From Bacteroidota bacterium (GTDB lineage: Bacteria; Bacteroidota; Bacteroidia; Sphingobacteriales; Sphingobacteriaceae): 52,683 nucleotides of DNA. How positions within the stretch are numbered: position 1 is the stretch's first letter; each line of letters begins with the position of its first letter. Below the pieces are notes generated by a model. The model saw nothing but the letters and a program-made list of their open reading frames with translations, ran no database searches and was not told the origin of the DNA. Location: positions 1-52,683 of the forward strand of contig JARKUW010000152.1 in the NCBI GenBank assembly GCA_029851965.1, read 5' to 3'. Positions 31,205-42,434 of this stretch are shown in pieces. A program made the translations under genes and the position numbers.

Positions 31205-31825
31205 ATGAGTAGTTTAACAGATACAGAGGCGGTAAACGCCAAGCAGGAATTCACCATCACCGTTTATACCGAAAACCAGATTGGTCTTCTGAATCGAATT
31301 GCCATTATTTTCTCCCGAAGGAAGATCAATATTGAAAGCTTAAACACCTCCCCTTCGGAGATTGAACACATTCACCGCTTTAACATCGTCATCAACGACA
31401 CTCCAGATGTGGTACGGAAGGTGACCAGGCAAATTGAGAAGCAGGTGGAAGTGCTGAAGGTATACTACAATACCAACGAAGACATCATCTGGCAGGAAAT
31501 GGCGCTGTACAAAGTGCCGACAGATGTAATCGTCGAAAAAGTATACGTTGAACGTTTGCTACGGGAGAATGGCGCACGGGCCGTTGTGATTCGAAAAGAT
31601 TATACCGTCTTTGAAACAACAGGACACCGCGAAGAGACAGACAAGCTTATTGAAGTACTGCAACCTTTTGGTCTGATTGAATTTGTACGTAGTGCACGCG
31701 TTGCCATCATCAAAAACAGCGAGGGCTTTAACTCTAAGCTACGCGAATTTGAACGTCAGGAGCCCGGAAAGGAAGTGATTGAACATAAAGTTCCGGCAGC
31801 AAAAGATAAAATATTTACACTATAG
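31205..31825 (+). CDS. ilvN: Acetolactate synthase small (regulatory) subunit
   Basis: ACT domain ENQIGLLNRIAIIFSRRKINIESL; EFVRSARVA. ATG 31205 chosen. Confidence 0.92.
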   Translation: MSSLTDTEAVNAKQEFTITVYTENQIGLLNRIAIIFSRRKINIESLNTSPSEIEHIHRFNIVINDTPDVVRKVTRQIEKQVEVLKVYYNTNEDIIWQEMALYKVPTDVIVEKVYVERLLRENGARAVVIRKDYTVFETTGHREETDKLIEVLQPFGLIEFVRSARVAIIKNSEGFNSKLREFERQEPGKEVIEHKVPAAKDKIFTL

Positions 31826-31887
31826 GAGAAGCGGTTAATTGATCGCAGTTCCCAATTAAACAACCTAAAATTAAACTTTTAAAAATT

Positions 31888-32958
31888 ATGGCTTTATTAA
31901 ATTTCGGCGGAAAAGATGAAAATGTAGTTACGCGTGAAGAGTTCCCTTTGCAAAAAGCACAGGAAGTACTAAAAAACGAAACGGTAGCAATCATCGGTTA
32001 TGGTGTTCAGGGACCTGGACAAGCGCTAAATCAAAAAGATAACGGCATCAATGTAATTGTTGGACAACGTAAAGAAACAAAGACCTGGGACAAAGCAGTT
32101 GCCGATGGATTTGTTCCCGGAGAAACGTTATTTGAAATTGAAGAGGCACTTGAACGCGGTACCATCATCTGCTACTTATTGAGTGATGCCGCACAGATCC
32201 AGCTGTGGCCTACTGTTAAGAAGCACCTTACCCCAGGTAAAGCACTATACTTCTCGCATGGTTTCGGTATTACATTCAATGAGCAAACCGGCATTGTACC
32301 ACCTGCGGATGTAGACGTATTTTTGGTTGCACCAAAAGGGTCAGGCACATCACTTCGCCGGATGTTTTTACAAGGAAGAGGCTTGAACTCCAGCTACGCA
32401 ATTTTCCAGGATGCAACCGGGAAAGCGCATGAGCGCGTTGTTGCCTTAGGTATAGCTGTGGGTAGCGGATATCTGTTCGAGACAGACTTTAAGAAAGAAG
32501 TGTTCAGCGATTTGACTGGTGAGCGTGGTACTTTGATGGGCTGTATCCAAGGGGTTTTTGCTGCACAATATGATGTATTACGTGCAAACGGACACTCTCC
32601 TTCAGAAGCTTTTAACGAGACTGTTGAAGAGCTTACACAAAGCTTGATGCCGCTTGTTGCTGAAAATGGTATGGATTGGATGTATGCAAACTGCTCTACA
32701 ACTGCACAACGTGGTGCTTTGGACTGGTGGAAAAAATTCCGTGATGCAACTAAACCTGTTTTCGAAGAGCTTTATGAAAGTGTAGCAACCGGAAAAGAAT
32801 CACAACGTTCAATCGACTTAAACAGTCAGCCGGATTACCGTGAAAAATTAAACGTAGAACTTGCTGAATTAAGAGATAGTGAATTGTGGCAGGCTGGTAA
32901 GACCGTACGTAGTTTACGTCCGGAAAATCAACCTGCAGAAAAGGAAATTGAGGCTTAA
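31888..32958 (+). CDS. ilvC: Ketol-acid reductoisomerase
   Basis: IGYGVQG, SHGF, VAPKGSG and SDLTGERGTLMG motifs. Confidence 0.96.
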   Translation: MALLNFGGKDENVVTREEFPLQKAQEVLKNETVAIIGYGVQGPGQALNQKDNGINVIVGQRKETKTWDKAVADGFVPGETLFEIEEALERGTIICYLLSDAAQIQLWPTVKKHLTPGKALYFSHGFGITFNEQTGIVPPADVDVFLVAPKGSGTSLRRMFLQGRGLNSSYAIFQDATGKAHERVVALGIAVGSGYLFETDFKKEVFSDLTGERGTLMGCIQGVFAAQYDVLRANGHSPSEAFNETVEELTQSLMPLVAENGMDWMYANCSTTAQRGALDWWKKFRDATKPVFEELYESVATGKESQRSIDLNSQPDYREKLNVELAELRDSELWQAGKTVRSLRPENQPAEKEIEA

Positions 32959-32961
32959 TAT

Positions 32962-34386
32962 ATGACCCAAATGGGAAAAACATTAGTTGAAAAAATCTGG
33001 GATGCCCACGTCGTGAAAAGCGACGCGGGTTTTCCGGATATTTTATATATAGATACACATTTCATTCATGAAGTAACCAGTCCACAAGCCTTCGATGGTT
33101 TGCGGAAGAGAGGATTGCCTGTTTTCAGGCCGGCACAGACGATTGCTACGGCAGATCATAATGTACCGACCCTGCACCAGGATCAGCCGATTAAAGAAGA
33201 GCTGTCCCGTTATCAGGTGGACATGCTGACCAAGAACTGTGCGGAATTCGGAATAGAACTGTATGGCCTGGGTCATCCATTCCAGGGGATTGTGCACGTG
33301 ATCGGACCTGAGCTTGGCATTACGCTGCCGGGTGCAACAATCGTTTGTGGGGACAGTCATACGTCAACACACGGCGCATTCGGCTGCATCGCCTTTGGTA
33401 TTGGTACCTCACAGGTGGAGCAGGTGATGGCTACACAGTGCTTGTTGCAGCAAAGACCAAAGACCATGAAAATTGAGGTTAATGGCACGCTGGGCACTGG
33501 TGTGAAGGCAAAAGACATAATTCTGTACATCATCTCCCAGATCTCCGCTGCTGGTGGAACCGGCTATTTTATTGAATATGCAGGATCGACAATCAAAGCG
33601 TTAAGTATGGAAGCCAGGATGACCATCTGCAATATGAGTATTGAGATGGGTGCTCGTGGTGGATTGATTGCACCTGATGAAACAACGTTTAACTACGTAC
33701 AAGGGCGTGAATTTGCACCAAAAGGCGCAGATTGGGATAATGCTTTGGCGAAATGGAAGACACTTTACAGTGATGAAGACGCTGCTTTTGATAAAGTACT
33801 AACTTTTGATGCGGCGGACATTGAGCCGATGATTACCTACGGAACCAACCCGGGAATGGGAATGGGTATTTCACAGCACATTCCAACAACCTCGAGTCAG
33901 GCCGTATCGGAACAGCCATCGTTTGAAAAAGCATTGAACTATATGGGTGTAGATGCAGATTCCAGTTTGCTTGGTAAAGAAATAGACTACGTATTTATAG
34001 GGAGCTGCACCAACTCACGGATGGAGGACCTTCGGGAAGTTGCAGAGTTTGTGAACGGAAGGCAAAAGTCTCCAAATGTTACCGCCTGGATCGTACCTGG
34101 ATCCAAACAGATCGAGCAGCAGGCGATTGCAGAGGGATTAGACAAAATCTTTGAAGCTGCCGGTTTTCAACTTCGCGAACCGGGCTGCAGTGCATGCCTG
34201 GGGATGAACGAAGATAAGATCCCAGCGGGAAAATATTGTGTTTCCACATCAAACCGGAATTTCGAAGGCCGGCAAGGTCCGAATTCACGCACTTTTCTGG
34301 CAAGTCCGCTTACCGCTGCTGCAGCTGCAATTACCGGCCGGATCACAGATGTAAGAGCACTGTTGAAAGAAAATGTATACGTCTAA
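32962..34386 (+). CDS. leuC: 3-isopropylmalate dehydratase large subunit
   Basis: [34 protein letters not shown] and [11 protein letters not shown] motifs. Confidence 0.97.
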   Translation: MTQMGKTLVEKIWDAHVVKSDAGFPDILYIDTHFIHEVTSPQAFDGLRKRGLPVFRPAQTIATADHNVPTLHQDQPIKEELSRYQVDMLTKNCAEFGIELYGLGHPFQGIVHVIGPELGITLPGATIVCGDSHTSTHGAFGCIAFGIGTSQVEQVMATQCLLQQRPKTMKIEVNGTLGTGVKAKDIILYIISQISAAGGTGYFIEYAGSTIKALSMEARMTICNMSIEMGARGGLIAPDETTFNYVQGREFAPKGADWDNALAKWKTLYSDEDAAFDKVLTFDAADIEPMITYGTNPGMGMGISQHIPTTSSQAVSEQPSFEKALNYMGVDADSSLLGKEIDYVFIGSCTNSRMEDLREVAEFVNGRQKSPNVTAWIVPGSKQIEQQAIAEGLDKIFEAAGFQLREPGCSACLGMNEDKIPAGKYCVSTSNRNFEGRQGPNSRTFLASPLTAAAAAITGRITDVRALLKENVYV

Positions 34387-34395
34387 TATAGAGAG

Positions 34396-34986
34396 ATGAA
34401 GAAGTTTATAGAATTAACATCTACCGTGGTTCCATTGCCGAACGAAAATATAGATACCGATCAGATCATTCCTGCACGCTTTTTAAAGGCGACTACCCGG
34501 GAAGGGTTTGGCGAAAATCTGTTCTGTGACTGGCGGTATGATGAGCAACGGCAGATAAAACCTGAATTTGTACTGAACGATCCCACCTACTCGGGAAGGA
34601 TACTTGTGGCAGGAAAGAATTTCGGTTGCGGAAGCAGCCGCGAGCATGCCGCATGGGCAATACAGGACTATGGTTTTGACGTCGTGATCAGCAGCTTTTT
34701 TGCCGACATTTTTAAGGGTAATGCGCTGAATAATGGATTGCTACCCATTCAGGTATCCGATGAATTTTTACATACCATTTTTGAGGAAGTTGGTAAAGAT
34801 CCGAAAACCGCGCTGAAAGTTGATCTTGAAGCACAGACTGTAACTCTGGTTGCTACTGGTGAAACCGTAGGTTTCGAAATTAATGCATACAAAAAGGCTT
34901 GTTTAATAAACGGATATGACGATATCGATTTTATCCTGAACCAACGTGAGGCCGTTGAAGAATATGAGGTACGCGTAGGCCGCTGA
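34396..34986 (+). CDS. leuD: 3-isopropylmalate dehydratase small subunit
   Basis: [24 protein letters not shown] and FADIF motifs. Confidence 0.97.
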   Translation: MKKFIELTSTVVPLPNENIDTDQIIPARFLKATTREGFGENLFCDWRYDEQRQIKPEFVLNDPTYSGRILVAGKNFGCGSSREHAAWAIQDYGFDVVISSFFADIFKGNALNNGLLPIQVSDEFLHTIFEEVGKDPKTALKVDLEAQTVTLVATGETVGFEINAYKKACLINGYDDIDFILNQREAVEEYEVRVGR

Positions 34987-36461
34987 TGATGGAAGCTTTC
35001 GTCCATATCGACCATTTAAGTCTGCAATTTCAGAACAGGAAGATCTTGCAGGATTTATCGTGGGAGATCTTTCGTGGTGAGCACTGGCTCCTTAGCGGTA
35101 AGAGTGGAAGCGGAAAGACCGTGCTTGCAAAAGCAATAGCGGGACTTGTTCATGCACAAGGGACGATTGACATCCATTTTAATCAGCATCTGGACCTTCC
35201 GGCAAAAGTGATGTTTGTGGCCCAGTGGTTTACCTTTAAGGACAAGCAAGGGAGTAGTAATTTTTACTATCAACAACGGTACAACAGTCAGGATTCAGAT
35301 AACAGTGCAACGGTACTGGAAACCTTATCTGCATACTCGGAAAAGCTGAATAAAAGCAAAGCAGAAATCGAAGACCTGTTAAAGCGTTTCGATTTATGGC
35401 ATCGAAAAGATGCGCCTCTACTTCAGCTCTCCAGCGGGGAACACAAGAAAATACAGCTGACCAAGGCCCTGTTGCTAAGACCTCAGTTGTTGATTTTGGA
35501 CAATCCATACACAGGCCTCGACGTACAGTCGCGCTCGAATTTAAATGAGCTCCTTGATGTGGCTTGCGAGGAGGGCATGCAGTTGATTATGATCAGTAAC
35601 GATGGTGAGGAACCATCCTGCATCAATCGTTTCGGCCACCTGGAGGAAGGTCGTCTCGTTGTTTCTGAAAGCCCGAAGATTTTCGATCCTGAAGAAGCCG
35701 CCGATCTACCAGGAATTCCTCATTTCCTGAACGCTCCAACGACTGACAGTGGTTTAACGGAAGTCATCAGATTAAACAATATCAGTGTAAGCTACGGTAA
35801 AAAACAGGTACTGTATGACGTTTCCTGGACAGTTAAAAAAGGAGAAAAGTGGCTGCTCAGCGGACACAATGGCTCTGGAAAATCGACTTTATTAAGCTTG
35901 CTGACTGGAGACAATCCGCAGGCTTATGCCAATCAGATCTACATATTCGGAAAAAGGCGCGGCACGGGAGAAAGCATTTGGGATATAAAGAAGAACATCG
36001 GCTTTATTTCTCCGGAACTGCAATGGTACTTTGAACCGGGATCTACGGTTTTTCAAACCGTTGCGTCCGGCTTCTTTGATACCTCAGGTCTATTCAGGTC
36101 CATAAGCACCAATCAGGCCGAGAGGGTGAACGCACTTTTGGGTTTGTTTGGGCTTGAGCGTGACAGTCAAACCTTATTGAAACAATTACCACTTGGCAGA
36201 CAGCGTATTGCTTTACTTGCGAGAGCCATCGTGAAAAATCCGCCGCTGCTGATACTGGACGAACCATGTCAGGGTTTAGACATTGCGCAAACCCGCTTGC
36301 TCAACGGACTGGTCGATCGCCTTTGTACTACGGACCGCACGTTGATATACGTGGGTCATTTTCAGGACCGACTACCATCCTGCATAGACAAAAAAATTGC
36401 ATTAACTGCCGGGGAAGCTAGCATTACCCCGCATTTGACATACAATGAACTTACCACATAA
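34986..36461 (+). CDS. Tandem-domain ABC ATPase, ModF-like
   Basis: Two Walker A motifs (GKSGSGKT, GHNGSGKST), LSSGE, LILDNP / LILDEP, and the GTGESIWDIKKNIG...SPEL ModF-like segment. Confidence 0.85.
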   Translation: MMEAFVHIDHLSLQFQNRKILQDLSWEIFRGEHWLLSGKSGSGKTVLAKAIAGLVHAQGTIDIHFNQHLDLPAKVMFVAQWFTFKDKQGSSNFYYQQRYNSQDSDNSATVLETLSAYSEKLNKSKAEIEDLLKRFDLWHRKDAPLLQLSSGEHKKIQLTKALLLRPQLLILDNPYTGLDVQSRSNLNELLDVACEEGMQLIMISNDGEEPSCINRFGHLEEGRLVVSESPKIFDPEEAADLPGIPHFLNAPTTDSGLTEVIRLNNISVSYGKKQVLYDVSWTVKKGEKWLLSGHNGSGKSTLLSLLTGDNPQAYANQIYIFGKRRGTGESIWDIKKNIGFISPELQWYFEPGSTVFQTVASGFFDTSGLFRSISTNQAERVNALLGLFGLERDSQTLLKQLPLGRQRIALLARAIVKNPPLLILDEPCQGLDIAQTRLLNGLVDRLCTTDRTLIYVGHFQDRLPSCIDKKIALTAGEASITPHLTYNELTT

Positions 36462-36632
36462 GTTGTGTGGGCTAGACCATCAACTTGAAATTTAGAAAGT
36501 TCGTCAGAACTTTAAAATATAGAAGCTGATAAAACAACATGATACAGCGCTTTACACCCGCACACGTTATGGTAGGTTTTTGAAAGCAAGAAGCTACAGA
36601 TGCTTCATAACATGTAAAAACAACAGATACGA

Positions 36633-37724
36633 ATGAAAAAGAATATATTGGTGATTCCCGGTGACGGCATCGGACCGGAAGTTACAACCTGGGGAAAAGC
36701 TGTTTTAGAGAAGATTGCGAAGAAGTTTGGGCATGAATTTTCCTTTGATGAAGCGCTGATGGGTCACGTGGCCATTGAAGCTACAGGAAATCCACTTCCA
36801 AATGCTACACTCGACCGGGCAAAAAGCAGCGATGCCATACTGTTTGGTGCAGTAGGTCACGCGAAATATGACAACGACCCGTCGGCGAAAGTACGCCCAG
36901 AACAAGGGCTTTTGAAAATCCGTAAAGAACTTGGTTTGTACGCCAACTTACGTCCGATCTTGTTGTTTGACGAACTATTGAATGCCTCCAGCATAAAGCC
37001 GTCTATCCTCAAAGGAACGGATATTCTATTTTTCCGTGAGCTTACCGGCGATGTATATTTTGGCGAAAAATTAAGATCAGCCGATGGGAATACTGCATCA
37101 GATCTAATGATCTATCAACGATACGAAATCGAGCGCATCGCGCATAAGGCTTATGAAGCAGCCATGAAACGCGGCAAGAAATTGTGTTCTGTGGATAAAG
37201 CGAACGTGCTTGAAAGTTCCAGATTGTGGAGGGAAACGGTTCAGGACGTGAGTAAGCAATATCCGGAAGTGGCCACTGAACACATGTTTATTGACAACGC
37301 TGCCATGCAACTCATTAAAGATCCAAAGCGATTTGATGTGGTACTCACGGCCAACCTTTTCGGAGACATCTTAACTGATGAAGCCTCTCAGATCGCGGGC
37401 TCAATGGGTATGCTTGCTTCCGCTTCGATTGGTGACGGCACTGGATTTTACGAGCCCATACACGGCTCAGCACATGATATTGCGGGAAACAACCTCGCGA
37501 ATCCACTTGCCTCCATCCTATCTGCATCGTTGATGCTGAATATCAGCTTCGGTCTGGAAAAAGAAGCCGAAGTAATTATCAACGTTGTTAAACAAGTACT
37601 CGCTGAGGGATTCAGAACCGGCGATATTGCCGATGAAAGTACCAATCCTGATCAGGTATTGGGCACAGAAGAGATGGGTAAACTCATTTTGAAATTTATA
37701 GATCAACAAACTTACAGCCAATAA
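36633..37724 (+). CDS. leuB: 3-isopropylmalate dehydrogenase
   Basis: [29 protein letters not shown] and [12 protein letters not shown] motifs. Confidence 0.97.
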   Translation: MKKNILVIPGDGIGPEVTTWGKAVLEKIAKKFGHEFSFDEALMGHVAIEATGNPLPNATLDRAKSSDAILFGAVGHAKYDNDPSAKVRPEQGLLKIRKELGLYANLRPILLFDELLNASSIKPSILKGTDILFFRELTGDVYFGEKLRSADGNTASDLMIYQRYEIERIAHKAYEAAMKRGKKLCSVDKANVLESSRLWRETVQDVSKQYPEVATEHMFIDNAAMQLIKDPKRFDVVLTANLFGDILTDEASQIAGSMGMLASASIGDGTGFYEPIHGSAHDIAGNNLANPLASILSASLMLNISFGLEKEAEVIINVVKQVLAEGFRTGDIADESTNPDQVLGTEEMGKLILKFIDQQTYSQ

Positions 37725-37734
37725 TCCGAGAGAT

Positions 37735-39243
37735 ATGTTACACGATCCGAACAGAGTATACGTTTTTGACACCACATTAAGGGACGGCGAGCAGGTTCCC
37801 GGTTGTCAATTGGCAACAGCAGAGAAAGTAGAAATCGCAAAAGCACTGGAGGCTCTCGGTGTTGATGTTATCGAAGCAGGATTCCCGATATCGAGCCCGG
37901 GTGACTTCCAAAGTGTTGTGGAACTGTCTAAAGCAGTGAGCGATCCGGTAATTTGCGCCCTTACACGCGCGAACAAAGGCGATATTGATGCTGCAGTTGC
38001 CGCATTGAAGTATGCAAAGCGACCAAGGATACACACCGGTATTGGTTCATCAGACATGCACATCAAATACAAGTTTAACAGTACACGGGAGCAAATTCTC
38101 GAACGTGCGGTTGAGGCGGTAAGGTATGCCAAGAGCTTCGTGGAAGACATTGAGTTTTATGCAGAAGATGCAGGCCGTGCCGACGATGTATTTCTTGCCC
38201 AGATGATAGAGGCGGTGATTGCCGCAGGAGCTACCGTAGTAAATATTCCCGATACCAATGGATACTGCCTTCCGGACCAGTATGGCGCCAAAATTCGCTT
38301 TTTGAAAGAAAACGTGAAGAACATTGATCAGGCCATTATTTCCGTGCATTGTCACAATGACCTTGGCCTGGCCACTGCAAATACGCTTGCAGGCGTGGTG
38401 AGCGGAGCCAGACAAGTAGAATGTACCATTAACGGTATTGGTGAACGCGCAGGTAATACAGCGTTGGAAGAGGTAACGATGATCTTAAAGACGCATCAAG
38501 CGTTAAATCTGCACACGAACATCAACAGTAAACATTTTTCTGAGATCAGCGGCATGGTAAGCCGGATGATGCGTATGCCTGTTCAACCGAATAAGGCGAT
38601 TATCGGGCAAAATGCCTTTGCACATAGCTCGGGAATCCACCAGGATGGCTTTTTGAAACACCGGGAGAATTATGAAATTATGAACCCAGAGGATGTCGGC
38701 ATTAACCAGTCGGACATTATACTAACGGCACGAAGTGGCCGGCACGCACTTAAGCACCACCTGGTACGTCTGGGTTATGAGCTGGAGCGCATCAACCTGG
38801 ATCAGGTATATGATCTTTTCCTGCATATGGCGGATGAGAAAAAAGAAATCACAGACGACGACCTTCTATCCCTGATGAGTGATGGCAGCGAAGATCAGTT
38901 CAAGAACGGGTACAAACTGAAGTTACTGCAGGTGTTATGTGGAGATCCATTGAGCCCCACCGCATCCGTAAAGCTGGAGTATCAAGGCCAGGAACTAGAG
39001 GCTATGGCCAAGGGAAACGGGCCGGTTGATGCGACAATCAAGGCAATGGAAAGCATATTGGGTCAGACTGCAGAGCTTCAGGAGTTTACGATCCAGGCCA
39101 TGCACGGCGGCAGTGATGATGTTAGCAAAGTGAATATGCGGGTTGCTCATGGTGGCAAGTCGTACCGCGGATACGGTTTCAACACGGATATCGTAAAGGC
39201 TTCTGCAAACGCCTATCTGGACGCCATCAATAAATTTTTGTAG
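37735..39243 (+). CDS. leuA: 2-isopropylmalate synthase with C-terminal regulatory domain
   Basis: [34 protein letters not shown] and GNGPVDA motifs. Confidence 0.95.
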   Translation: MLHDPNRVYVFDTTLRDGEQVPGCQLATAEKVEIAKALEALGVDVIEAGFPISSPGDFQSVVELSKAVSDPVICALTRANKGDIDAAVAALKYAKRPRIHTGIGSSDMHIKYKFNSTREQILERAVEAVRYAKSFVEDIEFYAEDAGRADDVFLAQMIEAVIAAGATVVNIPDTNGYCLPDQYGAKIRFLKENVKNIDQAIISVHCHNDLGLATANTLAGVVSGARQVECTINGIGERAGNTALEEVTMILKTHQALNLHTNINSKHFSEISGMVSRMMRMPVQPNKAIIGQNAFAHSSGIHQDGFLKHRENYEIMNPEDVGINQSDIILTARSGRHALKHHLVRLGYELERINLDQVYDLFLHMADEKKEITDDDLLSLMSDGSEDQFKNGYKLKLLQVLCGDPLSPTASVKLEYQGQELEAMAKGNGPVDATIKAMESILGQTAELQEFTIQAMHGGSDDVSKVNMRVAHGGKSYRGYGFNTDIVKASANAYLDAINKFL

Positions 39244-39244
39244 T

Positions 39245-40495
39245 ATGAACTCAACTCAAGACGTAGAACTGGATTTTCAGGCAGCCACCGAGCGGATAAA
39301 GGGAACGGTAAAGCACACGCCGTTGGTATTGAATGCTGCGCTTTCTGCAAAATACAATGCCCGCATTTATCTAAAAAGAGAGGATTTGCAGGTCGTACGT
39401 TCCTACAAACTTCGGGGCGCTTTTAACATGATCAGTACGCTGACTGAAGATCAGCGTAAGCAAGGGGTTGTCTGTGCAAGTGCAGGCAACCATGCGCAGG
39501 GCGTTGCTTATTCCTGTAAAAAGCTCAATATAAAAGGTGTAATATTTATGCCGGAAATTACGCCCAAGCAAAAAGTAAAGCAGACCGAAATGTTTGGTGG
39601 CGATCACATTGAGATCGTCCTTGTTGGGGATACATTCGATGACTGTATGCGGGAGGCAATTAAATATACTGCTGAAAATGCAATGACCTTCGTCCCACCC
39701 TTCGACAACCTGAAGATTATTGAAGGGCAGGGAACCGTTGGCGTTGAAATCTTTGAGGATCTGCCCGATGTTGATGTTGTTATTGTTCCAATTGGTGGTG
39801 GCGGTTTGGCGTCAGGTTTAGGTAGCTATTTAAAGAACATCAAACCGGCGATCCAGCTGATTGGCGTGGAACCAGAAGGTGCACCATCGATGAAAAACGC
39901 GTTTAAAGAGGGTTCTCCGGTTACGCTGGAGTATATAGACCGTTTTGTCGATGGTGCGGCCGTAAAACGCGTAGGTGCATTAAACTTTCGGTACTGTCAG
40001 GAGCTGCTCGACCAGATGTTGCTGATTCCTGAAGGAAAGATCTGTACAACGATATTAAAGCTATACAACGAGGACGCCATTGTTGTTGAACCTGCAGGTG
40101 CTCTGGCGGTGGCTTCTTTGGATCAGGTGGCGGAATATATCGCTGGAAAGACCGTGGTCTGCATCGTAAGCGGTGGGAACAATGACATTGAGCGGATGCA
40201 GGAGATCAAAGAAAAGTCACTGCTTTTTGAAGGATTAAAACACTATTTCATTGTACGTTTTCCGCAGCGCCCAGGCGCTTTGAAGTTGTTTGTAAACGAA
40301 GTTCTAGGTCCGCATGACGACATTACCAGATTTGAATTCATCAAGAAAACAAATCGGGAAAGTGGTCCTGCCCTGGTGGGAATTGAACTTAAAGAGCCTT
40401 CTGATTACCAATCATTGGTGGATCGGATGAAGGTTTTTAAATTCGAGTTCATCCCGTTAAATGACGACCAGACATTATTTGAATATTTAGTGTAG
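39245..40495 (+). CDS. ilvA: Threonine ammonia-lyase (biosynthetic, single regulatory domain)
   Basis: KREDLQVVRSYKLRGA, SAGNHAQG, PIGGGGL and FPQRPGAL motifs. Confidence 0.95.
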   Translation: MNSTQDVELDFQAATERIKGTVKHTPLVLNAALSAKYNARIYLKREDLQVVRSYKLRGAFNMISTLTEDQRKQGVVCASAGNHAQGVAYSCKKLNIKGVIFMPEITPKQKVKQTEMFGGDHIEIVLVGDTFDDCMREAIKYTAENAMTFVPPFDNLKIIEGQGTVGVEIFEDLPDVDVVIVPIGGGGLASGLGSYLKNIKPAIQLIGVEPEGAPSMKNAFKEGSPVTLEYIDRFVDGAAVKRVGALNFRYCQELLDQMLLIPEGKICTTILKLYNEDAIVVEPAGALAVASLDQVAEYIAGKTVVCIVSGGNNDIERMQEIKEKSLLFEGLKHYFIVRFPQRPGALKLFVNEVLGPHDDITRFEFIKKTNRESGPALVGIELKEPSDYQSLVDRMKVFKFEFIPLNDDQTLFEYLV

Positions 40496-40656
40496 TTGGT
40501 GAATATTTGGTTTATTGGGGTTAGTTGAACATTACTCAGAATGCCGGCGTATGGATACGCTCCTGAGATACGCTCCAGTACACCGAGAGCCAACTGCTTT
40601 AAGCGCTGCGCAGTACCCAGAACGTGAATTTCCCACCACCTTTGTCCTCCTCGGAG

Positions 40657-40693
40657 CAATAAAAACCCTTAGGTCGCCTTTGGGTTTTTATTG
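40657..40693. terminator. Bidirectional terminator between ilvA and the DinB-family gene
   Basis: CAATAAAAACCC...GGGTTTTTATTG perfect 12-bp inverted repeat. Confidence 0.75.
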
Positions 40694-40718
40694 AATCTAA
40701 CCAAGAGATATCCAAACA

Positions 40719-41204
40719 TCATTTTGCGCCCAATGTCCCTGCAGATCTGACCAGTTGTTTTAATATGACAATCTGGCCCAAATGATAATGAATATGCTCT
40801 GAAGTTCCCTGCAAGTTCTTGTATGCAGTCGAATGCCCGGGTAAAATGGGTAATTCAAGCTGATGATCAGGAAAACTCTTAACGGCTTCTGCAAGTTCAC
40901 GTGCAGACCGCAAGCTGTCTTTCTTGAGGCTCTCCCAGGCTTCTTCACTGTCAGTCGCAGTGACCTCAAAACCATTGGATTCCGAAATCTCGACATTAAT
41001 GCCACGGATGCGTTTCACCATGACCCTGTTCCAGTAGATGAGGTGATGAAGCAACGAAGCAATTGTGTTTGCGGATGCAATAGTCCGTGTATTAGCCTCC
41101 AACACGGAAACATCACTAAGCGTGTCTTTCAGGTTTACCTCCGTCCAGTTATCACCTTCATGAACATCAATAATATGCCGCGCAATTCGTTCTGTGATAT
41201 TCAT
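40719..41204 (-). CDS. DinB/YfiT-family protein
   Basis: NTIASLLHHL and EHIHYHLGQI His-triad pattern. Confidence 0.85.
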   Translation of the reverse strand: MNITERIARHIIDVHEGDNWTEVNLKDTLSDVSVLEANTRTIASANTIASLLHHLIYWNRVMVKRIRGINVEISESNGFEVTATDSEEAWESLKKDSLRSARELAEAVKSFPDHQLELPILPGHSTAYKNLQGTSEHIHYHLGQIVILKQLVRSAGTLGAK

Positions 41205-41421
41205 TTTTAATAATCAGAAAATATTCAGTCTTGTCTTACGATGTTGGAAGCACTTACGTCTGAAATCCATTTTTTTGAACAACTACGACGGGGTACTTGT
41301 TTTCAGGCTACTGCTTTATCTGGACACTGGAAAGAGAAAAGCTGAAAAACAGATATTTTATCCGTAAATTCTCGGCGTATTCATACCTAAGCTCCCGGGA
41401 ATTAATTTAAAGCTTTAAAAC

Positions 41422-42105
41422 ATGAGAATCGCCTATTCACTTAAGCAAAAACTTAAGATTGCTATGTTGCTCTTTTTTATAATGACTTGTTCCATACTGA
41501 TTACCATTCTGGAGGAGAAAAGTGTAAAAAATATGAATGAGTCATTCATCTCCATGTACAATGACCGCTTGGTCCCTGCGCTTGATCTTTTTCATGTACT
41601 GCAGAATGTATATATGAAGAAGTCTTTTGTGGAGGACCTGCTGTATACCCGCAAGGATTTTAATACCAAGCAAGTGCAAACACAGGTAGAACGGCTCAAT
41701 GTGAAGATTGATTCCCTGATCAGGAAATATGAACAAACCACACTTGTGAAGCAAGAGAAGCAACAGTTGACCATACTCAAACAAAGACTTGTAAACTATC
41801 TCGAAATTGAAACTGACATCATGAGGATGCTATTTAATGAAGAACATGGTCAAGCGTTGCAGCTCTACGAGCAATCAGGAAAAGACTTATCGCTCCAGAT
41901 CATTGATAATATTTCCGTTCTTATGGATACACAGCGTCAAGTCGGCACGGAGCTTTTGAAAGACTCTGCCTTCGCTGTTTCCGGCACCAGGCTGTATTCC
42001 ACGCTACAAATTGCACTGGCCATTATCATTGGAATATTAATTGTCGGTATACTCTTTACGTCGAATGTCGTAAACATTAAAAGCGACAAATACACGTTAA
42101 ACTAG
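41422..42105 (+). CDS. Four-helix-bundle (4HB_MCP-like) sensor-domain membrane protein without an output domain
   Basis: TM1 followed by SMYNDRLVPALDL (4HB_MCP signature), a helical body, TM2 and a ~15-aa tail. Confidence 0.75.
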   Translation: MRIAYSLKQKLKIAMLLFFIMTCSILITILEEKSVKNMNESFISMYNDRLVPALDLFHVLQNVYMKKSFVEDLLYTRKDFNTKQVQTQVERLNVKIDSLIRKYEQTTLVKQEKQQLTILKQRLVNYLEIETDIMRMLFNEEHGQALQLYEQSGKDLSLQIIDNISVLMDTQRQVGTELLKDSAFAVSGTRLYSTLQIALAIIIGILIVGILFTSNVVNIKSDKYTLN

Positions 42106-42434
42106 GTGAGCCGGGTGGTTTGTCTTACACGGACTATCATCAGAAGATGCTCTGGTACTTCTTTCTATCGTTGAAGAGGCTATGAGCTTTATAGGGGAAT
42201 GCATTAGGTACTACTGCGCCCTTTTCACCCCATCGTTTAAGTGCAGGATCCATCATCGAATTAAAGGCACATCGAGCTATTGTGGACAGGAGTATAAAGT
42301 TATACCAACCTTTGCAACAATACTAATGTAATTTAAGCATGTCTGTGATCTAGGTTGTGTCGTAAACGAAGTCGTCCGGCGCTTTTGGAGCCCGACGACA
42401 ATAAAAAATAACATAAAAGTTTAAATAGATTTAT

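Noticed and set aside
40554-40576. GATACGCTCC direct repeat x2
   Set aside because: Only two copies with a 13-nt period; not CRISPR-like and no function supportable.
42371-42399. GTCGTC...GACGAC hairpin as a REP element or terminator
   Set aside because: Single copy in the window, imperfect stem, weak U tail.
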